The notes under the pieces were generated by a model. That model made no database searches, had not been told where the DNA came from, and was given only the letters and a program-made list of their open reading frames with translations. A stretch of 32,000 nucleotides of DNA from contig NZ_CP036280.1 of the NCBI RefSeq assembly GCF_007748075.1, positions 2,880,001 through 2,912,000 on the forward strand, read 5' to 3'. Each line of letters begins with the position of its first letter. Within the stretch, counting starts at the first letter, position 1. Positions 25,140 through 32,000 of this stretch are shown piece after piece. Source of the stretch: Mucisphaera calidilacus. Its GTDB lineage: Bacteria > Planctomycetota > Phycisphaerae > Phycisphaerales > Phycisphaeraceae. The position numbers were made by a program, and so were the translations under genes.

Positions 25140-26109
25140 GATACGCGCCATCATCGTCTTCATCACCCTCACCCTCGCCGCCTGTGACCCCGCGCCCTCC
25201 GAGCCGACCAACACCGGCCGATACACCGTCGTCACCACCGTCGGCATGATCGCCGACATCACCCGCAACCTCGCCGGCGAACACGCCAGCGTCGAGAACA
25301 TCATCGGAGAAGGCGTCGACCCCCACCTCTACAAACCCACCCGCGACGACATCCTCCAACTGCAGAACGCCGACCTCATCCTCTACAACGGCCTCCACCT
25401 CGAGGGCAAGATGGGCGATATCCTCCAACGCATCGCCTCCGCCGACAAACCCGTCCACGCCGTCGCCGACACCCTCCTCCAACGCGACAACTACGTCCTT
25501 AACAAGCCCGGCGGACAGGCCTACGACCCCCACGTCTGGATGGACGTCAACGGATGGATCGCAGCGACTCACGTCGTCGCCGACGCGCTCATCGCCCACG
25601 ACCCCGATCACGAGCCCGACTACCGCAACAACCTCAACAACTACCTCACCCGACTCAACGAACTCGAAAACTACGCCCGAACCTCACTCGCCACCATCCC
25701 CGACAACCAACGCGTGCTCATCACCGCCCACGACGCCTTCGGCTACCTCGGACGCGCCTACGGCATCGAGGTCCTCGGCATCCAGGGCCTCAGCACCGAA
25801 TCCGAAGCCGGACTCCGCGACATCGAACGACTCATCAAGACCATCACCCAACGCAACATCCCCGCCGTCTTCGTCGAAACCTCCATCTCCGACAAGAACG
25901 TCCGCGCCCTCGTCGAGGGCGCACAAGCCGCCGGACACACCGTCACCATCGGCGGCGAACTCTTCTCCGACGCCATGGGTCCTGCCGATACCTACGAAGG
26001 AACCTACATCGGCATGATCGACCACAACATCACCACCATCACCCGAGCGCTCGGCGGCAACGCGCCCGCCAAAGGCCTCCACGGCAGACTCAACACACAC
26101 CACGAGTAA
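25138..26109 (+). CDS. Metal ABC transporter substrate-binding lipoprotein, TroA/cluster A-I type
   Basis: Lipobox LTLAAC. Metal-ligand blocks [28 protein letters not shown] and GELFSDAMG give a His/His/His/Asp pattern as in TroA. There is no His-rich ZnuA loop. Confidence 0.9.
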   Translation: MIRAIIVFITLTLAACDPAPSEPTNTGRYTVVTTVGMIADITRNLAGEHASVENIIGEGVDPHLYKPTRDDILQLQNADLILYNGLHLEGKMGDILQRIASADKPVHAVADTLLQRDNYVLNKPGGQAYDPHVWMDVNGWIAATHVVADALIAHDPDHEPDYRNNLNNYLTRLNELENYARTSLATIPDNQRVLITAHDAFGYLGRAYGIEVLGIQGLSTESEAGLRDIERLIKTITQRNIPAVFVETSISDKNVRALVEGAQAAGHTVTIGGELFSDAMGPADTYEGTYIGMIDHNITTITRALGGNAPAKGLHGRLNTHHE

Positions 26110-26113
26110 AACC

Positions 26114-26929
26114 ATGACACCCATCCGACAACACCTCGAACGCGCTCAAAACACACCCCACGAGCACTCGCCCGAGCTCCCCCTCACCATCCACGACCTC
26201 ACCGTCGCCTACCACCGCAAATCCGTCCTCTGGGACGTCGATCTCGATATCCCCGAGGGCAAACTCGTCGGCGTCATCGGACCCAACGGCGCCGGCAAGA
26301 GCACCCTCCTCAAAGCCTGCCTCGACCTCATCCCCAAGGCCTCCGGCGACGTGCGGATCTACGGCGAACACTACGCCAAACGACGCGCACTCGTCGGATA
26401 CGTCCCCCAACGCGAATCCGTCGACTGGGACTTCCCCGTCAGCGCCCTCGACGTCGTCGCCATGGGCACCTACGGCCGACTCGGATGGTTCCGACGCGTC
26501 GGCAGAACCCAGAAACACGAGGCCCTCGACGCCATGGAACGCGTCGGCGTCGCCCACCTCGCCCACCGACAGATCAGCCAGCTCTCGGGCGGACAGCAGC
26601 AACGCGTCTTCCTCGCAAGAGCACTCGTCCAGCAGGCCAAGATCTACTTCATGGACGAGCCCTTCGCCGCCGTCGACGCCGCCACCGAACGCGCCATCGT
26701 CGAACTGCTCCGCGAACTCCGCGCCCAGGGCGGAACCTGCCTCGTCGTCCACCACGACCTCGCCACCGTCGCCACCTACTTCGACCACGTCGTCCTGCTC
26801 AACATGCGCGTCGTCGCGGCCGGACCCACCAGCGACGTCTTCACCATCGAGAACCTCCGCAAGACCTACGGCGGAAAACTCACCCTCCTCGATCAGGCCA
26901 CCGAGGCCGTCCGCGCCGCCGTCAACTAA
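26114..26929 (+). CDS. Metal ABC transporter ATP-binding protein
   Basis: Walker [10 protein letters not shown], signature [15 protein letters not shown], Walker B IYFMDEPF and H-loop VVHHDL. Confidence 0.93.
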   Translation: MTPIRQHLERAQNTPHEHSPELPLTIHDLTVAYHRKSVLWDVDLDIPEGKLVGVIGPNGAGKSTLLKACLDLIPKASGDVRIYGEHYAKRRALVGYVPQRESVDWDFPVSALDVVAMGTYGRLGWFRRVGRTQKHEALDAMERVGVAHLAHRQISQLSGGQQQRVFLARALVQQAKIYFMDEPFAAVDAATERAIVELLRELRAQGGTCLVVHHDLATVATYFDHVVLLNMRVVAAGPTSDVFTIENLRKTYGGKLTLLDQATEAVRAAVN

Positions 26930-26938
26930 ACACACGCC

Positions 26939-28318
26939 ATGCTCGCCCAACTCACCAGCGAACTCCCGACCCTCGACGACGCCCTGCGCGTCCTGCTCGC
27001 TCGCGACTACAACACCCGCCTCGTCATCCTCAGCACCGCGCTCCTCGGCATGGCCGCAGGCGTCACCGGCAGCTTCCTCCTGCTCCGCAAACGCTCGCTC
27101 ATGGGCGACGCCCTCTCCCACGCCACACTCCCCGGCATCGCGCTCGCCTTCGCCCTCGCCGTCCTCGCCGGGGCCGACGGCAAGAACCTCCCCACCCTCC
27201 TGCTCGGGGCCACCCTCACCGGCATCCTTGGCGTCGCCGCCGTCAAACTCATCCGGCAGACCACCCGCCTCCGCGACGACGCCGCCATGGGCATCGTCCT
27301 CAGCGTCTTCTTCGGCATCGGCGTCGCCATCCTCGCCATGGTTCAGGACCTGCCCAACACCTCCGCCGCCGGACTCGAATCCTTCATCTACGGCAAAACC
27401 GCCTCCATGGTCCTCACCGACTTCACCCTCATCGCCTCCGCCGCCGCCGCCATCGTCGCCGCCTGCCTCATGCTCCTCAAGGAATTCACCCTCCTCGCCT
27501 TCGACGAAAACTACGCCGCCACCCAGGGCTGGCCCACCCACGCCCTCGACGCCCTCATGCTCGCACTCGTCGTCCTCGTCACCGTCATCGGGCTCCAGGC
27601 CGTCGGCCTCATCCTCATCATCGCCCTGCTCATCACGCCCGCCGCCGCCGCACGATTCTGGACCCACGACCTACGCCACATGCTCCTCATCGCCGCCGCC
27701 ATCGGCGCCGCCAGCGGATGGATCGGCGCCGCACTCTCCGCACTCGTCCCCAACCTCCCCGCCGGCGCCGTCATCGTCCTCGTCACCGCACTCTTCTTCG
27801 CCACCAGCATGCTCTTCGGGCCCGCCCGAGGCGTCCTCACACGCTGGCTCCGACACCACCGACTCCAACGCAAGATCGGACGCCAGCACCTGCTCCGCGC
27901 CGCCTTCGAACTCCTCGAAGCACGAAGACACCCCGAGTCGAGCCACATCCCCAACACGCCCGTACGCATCGCCGACCTCCTCGCACGACGCAGCTGGACG
28001 CCCGGAAAACTCCGCGGCTTCATCCGCACCGCTCGCGCCGAAGACCACATCGAGTCGGTCGACGGCCGACAACTCCGGCTCTCCGAGGCCGGCTTCGGCG
28101 AGGCCGCACGCATCACCCGAAACCACCGCCTCTGGGAACTCTTCCTCATCCGACACGCCGACATCGCCCCCTCCCACGTCGACCGCGACGCCGACATGGT
28201 CGAGCACGTCCTCGACCCCGACATCGTCCGACAACTCGAAGCCGAACTCGAGGCCGCCGACCACACCCTCGACGTCCCCCCCAGCCCCCACCGACTCACG
28301 CCCGGAGCCGCGCCATGA
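26939..28318 (+). CDS. Metal ABC transporter permease (ABC-3 family) fused to a C-terminal DtxR-like repressor domain (YtgC-YtgR-like)
   Basis: Residues 1-~300 form a polytopic ABC-3 permease (LMGDALSHATLPG). Residues ~315-445 read RQHLLRAAFELLE...RIADLL...RLSEAGFGEAARITRNHRLWELFLIRHADIAPSHVDRDADMVEHVLDPDIVRQLEAEL, collinear with the DtxR wHTH plus metal-site helix. Confidence 0.9.
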   Translation: MLAQLTSELPTLDDALRVLLARDYNTRLVILSTALLGMAAGVTGSFLLLRKRSLMGDALSHATLPGIALAFALAVLAGADGKNLPTLLLGATLTGILGVAAVKLIRQTTRLRDDAAMGIVLSVFFGIGVAILAMVQDLPNTSAAGLESFIYGKTASMVLTDFTLIASAAAAIVAACLMLLKEFTLLAFDENYAATQGWPTHALDALMLALVVLVTVIGLQAVGLILIIALLITPAAAARFWTHDLRHMLLIAAAIGAASGWIGAALSALVPNLPAGAVIVLVTALFFATSMLFGPARGVLTRWLRHHRLQRKIGRQHLLRAAFELLEARRHPESSHIPNTPVRIADLLARRSWTPGKLRGFIRTARAEDHIESVDGRQLRLSEAGFGEAARITRNHRLWELFLIRHADIAPSHVDRDADMVEHVLDPDIVRQLEAELEAADHTLDVPPSPHRLTPGAAP

Positions 28319-29247
28319 ACTGGCAGACACTCGATACCGAGATCGTCATCGTCGGCGCACTCTGCGCTATGGCCTGCGCCATCCCCGGGTGCTTCCTCCT
28401 GCTCCGACACATGAGCATGATGGGCGACGCCATCAGCCACGCCGTCCTCCCCGGACTCGCCATCGCCTTCCTCATCACCGGCTCCCGATCCAGCATCACC
28501 ATGTTCATCGGCGCCGCCGTCGTCGGCGTCCTCACCGCCGTCTTCACACAATGGATCAGCCGGTTCGGTCAGGTCGACCGCGGCGCCGCCATGGGCGTCG
28601 TCTTCACCACACTCTTTGCCATCGGGCTCCTCATCATCGTCCACGCCGCCGACGCCGTGGACCTCGACCCCGGCTGCGTCCTCTACGGCGCTATCGAGTA
28701 CACACCCCTCGACCGCGTCATCCTCCCCCTCGGCATCGACATCCCCCGCGCCGCACTCACCCTCGCGGTCGTCCTGCTCATCAACCTCGCCCTCGTCCTC
28801 ACCCTCTTCAAGGAACTCCGGCTCAGCGCCTTCGACCCCGAACTCGCCACGAGCCTCGGCATCAACGCCACCCTCATGCACTACCTGCTCATGACCCTCG
28901 TCGCCGTCACAACCGTCGCAGCCTTCGAGGCCGTCGGCAGCATCATCGTCATCGCCATGCTCATCGTCCCGCCCGCCACCGCCTTCCTCCTCACCACCCG
29001 ACTCACCGTCATGGTCGCCCTGAGCACACTCCTCGCCGCACTCGCCGCACTCCTCGGCCACACCCTCGCCCTCATCATCCCCCCGGCCATCAACGCCTCG
29101 GGCACCAACACCGCCGGCATGATGGCACTCGCCGCAGGACTCCTCTTCCTCGCCGCCTGGCTGCTCGCGCCCCAGCAGGGCATCATCACCACACGACTCC
29201 GACGCAAACCAATCCCCGACGACCAGACACAGGCAACAAGTTCATAA
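28315..29247 (+). CDS. Metal ABC transporter permease, second subunit (ABC-3 family)
   Basis: The ATG at 28315 overlaps the previous stop (ATGA). The translation MNWQTLDTEIVIVGALCAMACAIPGCFLLLRHMSMMGDAISHAVLPGLA... is the real 3' third of the artefactual 920-aa track ORF 26485..29247. Confidence 0.9.
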   Translation: MNWQTLDTEIVIVGALCAMACAIPGCFLLLRHMSMMGDAISHAVLPGLAIAFLITGSRSSITMFIGAAVVGVLTAVFTQWISRFGQVDRGAAMGVVFTTLFAIGLLIIVHAADAVDLDPGCVLYGAIEYTPLDRVILPLGIDIPRAALTLAVVLLINLALVLTLFKELRLSAFDPELATSLGINATLMHYLLMTLVAVTTVAAFEAVGSIIVIAMLIVPPATAFLLTTRLTVMVALSTLLAALAALLGHTLALIIPPAINASGTNTAGMMALAAGLLFLAAWLLAPQQGIITTRLRRKPIPDDQTQATSS

Positions 29248-29291
29248 CCGTGACCGAATCGTAACAACCGATTCTGCGGTAGAACAAAGGG

Positions 29292-29873
29292 ATGGATATC
29301 TCCTTCGATCTCAACTTCGCCTGGTACCTCCCCTTCGTCATCTTCCTCGCACGCATCGCCGACATGTCCCTCGGCACCATACGCACCATCATGATCGTCA
29401 GCGGGCGACGCTGGATCTCCGGACTCATCGCGCTCGTCGAAATCTGCGTCTGGGTCCTCGCCATCGGCGGACTCGTCACCAACCTCAAAAACTTCTACAT
29501 CATCCTCGCCTACACCGGCGGCTTCGCAGCAGGCACCGTCCTCGGCATCTACCTCGAGGAATGGCTCGCACTCGGCATCCGCGTCGTCCGCGTCATCCAC
29601 CGCGACCCCGAGAGCAACCTCTGCCACCAGCTACGCGAACACGGCTACCGCGTCACACGCGTCGAAGGCACCGGACGCGACGGCGCCGTCGAGATCGGCT
29701 TCGCCGTCGTCAAACGCGCCGTCATGCCCCGCTTCTACCGCGACGTCGAAAAGCTCGCCCCCGACGCGTGGGTCACCGTCGAACCCGTCGAACGCGCCTC
29801 CGTCGCCTCCATCAGCTCCGACGTCACCGGCAGGCGACGCTCGTTCTTCAACCTCGGCATGCTCCGCAAGTAA
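29292..29873 (+). CDS. UPF0316 family membrane protein (DUF5698 + DUF2179, YebE-like)
   Basis: Collinear with B. subtilis YebE: ...ARIADMSLGTIRTIMIVSGRR; three TM segments; then a soluble domain L..LREHGYRVTRVEGTGRDG... Confidence 0.8.
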   Translation: MDISFDLNFAWYLPFVIFLARIADMSLGTIRTIMIVSGRRWISGLIALVEICVWVLAIGGLVTNLKNFYIILAYTGGFAAGTVLGIYLEEWLALGIRVVRVIHRDPESNLCHQLREHGYRVTRVEGTGRDGAVEIGFAVVKRAVMPRFYRDVEKLAPDAWVTVEPVERASVASISSDVTGRRRSFFNLGMLRK

Positions 29874-29877
29874 CAGC

Positions 29878-30411
29878 TCAACGCCGACGCATCAGCAGCC
29901 CCAAACCCAACACCCCCAGCACGCCCGCCGGCTCGGGCACCGCCGAACGCTCGTACACGAACGGTCCGCCGCCCACGACACCCCACTCCGTGAACCGGAT
30001 GTCGAGGTAAACGTCCTCATCCGCGAGATACAGCACGCCCGGGCCCGCCGTGATGTTCCCCAGCAGCTGACCAGCCCCGCCCAGCGCCGCCGCCCACGGC
30101 TCAAACGTCAGGCTCGCCCAGTTGGCCGCCGAGATCGTCTCGCCCGGATTGTTCGACCCGAACGCCCACGCCGTGCCCGCCGGAGCCAGCTTCGTCGACT
30201 TGTCATAAGAAGACTCCGCCGTCGCGTTGTAGATCCCCTGGTTGTCCCCACGCGTGATCGCCACGCTCGAGGTGATCACGTCGGTCTCCGCGCTGAAGGC
30301 CGACTTGCTGAACACCACATCGAACCCCGTAAACACCGTTGCCGCCTGAACATCAGACACCACACCCGTCACACCAAACGCCAGAACACCAGTCCATGCA
30401 CACGTCTTCAT
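29878..30411 (-). CDS. Small secreted PEP-CTERM-anchored protein of unknown function
   Basis: Signal peptide ...VSDVQA/AT. The C-terminus AVPEPAGVLGVLGLGLLMRRR gives PEP, a TM helix and a basic tail. AAGGAG upstream of the ATG. Confidence 0.75.
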   Translation of the reverse strand: MKTCAWTGVLAFGVTGVVSDVQAATVFTGFDVVFSKSAFSAETDVITSSVAITRGDNQGIYNATAESSYDKSTKLAPAGTAWAFGSNNPGETISAANWASLTFEPWAAALGGAGQLLGNITAGPGVLYLADEDVYLDIRFTEWGVVGGGPFVYERSAVPEPAGVLGVLGLGLLMRRR

Positions 30412-30603
30412 CTCGCTTCTCCTTGTAAAAAACCATGACCAACAACGACGCCCACAACACTAAGCCGTGACACTCCCTCTTTTCATCCAGCTGCCCGGAA
30501 AAACCTTTCCCAGCCATCGCTGTTGCCCTTAACAGCCCATCAACTACAATTCCCGATCCGACGGCGCTAACCCTGCGCCCACACGGAACAAGACGTTCCC
30601 CAC

Positions 30604-31875
30604 ATGGAGCCGCGGATGAGTCGAGCCGCCACCTACGCCGAACCAGCACCCAAAACCTTCCTCAAACCCGCCGTGCACCAGAACAAACTGCTGTCACGCA
30701 AGGGTTTGAACGAACGCCTCTTCACCGCGTGGTTCGGCGGGTTCGTCTACAACCAGATCTGGGAAGACCCCCGCGTCGACCTCGCCGCGCTCCGCGTCGA
30801 CAAGGACCAGTCTCGCATCCTCCAGATCTCCTCAGGCGGCTGCAACGTCCTTAACTACCTCGTCGCCCAGCCGCGTGGCATCGTCGCCGTCGACCTCAAC
30901 CGACACCACATGTTCCTCACCCGCCTCAAACTCGCCGCCGTCCAGCAACTCCCCGACCACGAATCCTTCTTCCAGTTCTTCGGCTGTGGCGACACCAAGG
31001 CCAACGTCGTCGCCTACCACAAACACATCAAACAACACCTCGATGACGCCACCCGTAACTACTGGGAACGACGGCCCAAGCTCGGCGGGCCCTTCCGCAA
31101 ACCACGCATCGAGTACTTCGGACGCAACTTCTACAACCAGTCCAAGCTCGGCCTCCTCCTGAGGGTCACCCACACCCTCAGCAAGTTCACCCGGATGAAC
31201 CCCCAGAAACTCCTCGAACTCAACTCCGTCGAGGAACAGCAGGCCTACTTCGACAAACACATCGACCCCTTCTTCAACTCCAAACTCGTCCGCTTCATCG
31301 GTCGCGTACCCCTCGTCGGCTTCTCGCTCGGCATCCCGCCACACCAGCACGAGGCCATGATGCGCGAACAGAACGGACAGGTCGTCGACCTCTACCGCGA
31401 ACGCGCCCGCAAACTGCTCTGCGACTTCCCCATCCGTGACAACTACTTCGCCTGGCAGGCCGTCAGCCGACGCTACGACCGCGACGCACGCGAGGGCATC
31501 CCCGACTACCTCAAGGCCGAACACTTCGAGACCATCCGAGCCATGGCGCCTCGCGTCGAGACACGCGTCACCTCGCTCACCGAAAAACTCAAGGAAGAAC
31601 CCGACGGCGCTATCGACCGCTTCGTCTTCCTCGACTCCCAGGACTGGATGCCTCCCGAGGTCCTCACCGAACTCTGGACCGAGATCGCACGCGTCGCCCC
31701 CGTTGGCAGCCGCATCGTCTTCCGCACCGCATCCAGCCTCTCGCCCCTCGAAACCGGACTCCCGCCCGAACTCCTCAAACGCTTCACCGCACACCGCGAA
31801 GAGGCCGACGACCTGTTCACGCAGGACCGCTCCGCGATCTATGGCGGGTTCCACATCTACGAGAAAACCAGCTAA
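30604..31875 (+). CDS. btaA: S-adenosylmethionine:diacylglycerol 3-amino-3-carboxypropyl transferase (BtaA, DUF3419 family)
   Basis: The block YNQIWEDPRVDLAAL.......ILQISSGGCNVLNYL...P..IVAVDLN..H..L..LKLAA...L is the DUF3419/BtaA signature. It is followed by a BtaB-like gene. Confidence 0.8.
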   Translation: MEPRMSRAATYAEPAPKTFLKPAVHQNKLLSRKGLNERLFTAWFGGFVYNQIWEDPRVDLAALRVDKDQSRILQISSGGCNVLNYLVAQPRGIVAVDLNRHHMFLTRLKLAAVQQLPDHESFFQFFGCGDTKANVVAYHKHIKQHLDDATRNYWERRPKLGGPFRKPRIEYFGRNFYNQSKLGLLLRVTHTLSKFTRMNPQKLLELNSVEEQQAYFDKHIDPFFNSKLVRFIGRVPLVGFSLGIPPHQHEAMMREQNGQVVDLYRERARKLLCDFPIRDNYFAWQAVSRRYDRDAREGIPDYLKAEHFETIRAMAPRVETRVTSLTEKLKEEPDGAIDRFVFLDSQDWMPPEVLTELWTEIARVAPVGSRIVFRTASSLSPLETGLPPELLKRFTAHREEADDLFTQDRSAIYGGFHIYEKTS

Positions 31876-31878
31876 AGC

Positions 31879-32000
31879 GTGACCCAGACCGCACCGCACT
31901 CACAGAATACCGACCCCGCCGCCGCGATGGACCGCATGTACCGGTACACCCGGCACGTCTACGACACCACGCGAAAGTTCTACCTCCTCGGCCGGGACCG
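31879..32000 (+). CDS. btaB: BtaB-like SAM-dependent N-methyltransferase, N-terminal fragment (3' end outside window)
   Basis: GTG 31879, or in-frame ATG 31927. The translation ...MDRMYRYTRHVYDTTRKFYLLGRD matches the conserved N-terminus of methyltransferases paired with BtaA. Confidence 0.65.
   Translation, partial: MTQTAPHSQNTDPAAAMDRMYRYTRHVYDTTRKFYLLGRD

Overview
High-G+C bacterial chromosomal segment, roughly two-thirds G+C by eye, and densely coding. I call 30 protein-coding genes or fragments, one decayed toxin pseudogene and one tRNA-Pro(CGG). There is no rRNA, CRISPR array, transposase, integrase or phage gene. Two proteins end in PEP-CTERM sorting signals, and the metal-uptake locus has a Chlamydia YtgC-YtgR-like permease-repressor fusion. 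Together these suggest a PVC-group (Planctomycetota/Verrucomicrobiota-like) organism, but that assignment is inference.

Gene content from left to right:
- M16 peptidase 3' end.
- RibB fused to a Cys-less GTP-cyclohydrolase-II-like domain.
- DUF1772 and AzoR.
- An RRM RNA-binding protein.
- An 1180-aa SWIM+SNF2 helicase.
- A CPBP protease.
- MtnA and PurC.
- tRNA-Pro.
- A PEP-CTERM-anchored alkaline phosphatase.
- A 1161-aa secreted multi-domain protein ending in a TlpA-like thioredoxin.
- A GAF/sigma-54 activator, transcribed divergently from a canonical -24/-12 promoter.
- The five-gene operon driven by that promoter: AhpD-like, a 70-aa unknown, a secreted isochorismatase-like hydrolase, a secreted YHS protein and DUF1348.
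- A Phd/YefM antitoxin with an internally deleted ParE/RelE toxin remnant.
- A sugar-acid cluster: UxaC-like, GntK and a LarA/DUF2088-like protein.
- A DtxR/MntR regulator plus a troABCD-type metal ABC importer, with twin AT-rich dyad operators.
- UPF0316.
- A small PEP-CTERM protein.
- btaA-btaB (betaine-lipid synthesis), running off the right edge.

The candidates most worth follow-up are:
- The sigma-54/4-Cys-GAF regulated operon of unknown function.
- The permease-DtxR fusion, which sits next to a second free-standing DtxR paralogue.
- The UxaC/GntK/LarA-like cluster.
- The very strong strand-dependent codon usage.

All functional calls come from reading the translations against remembered family motifs. 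No database search was run.
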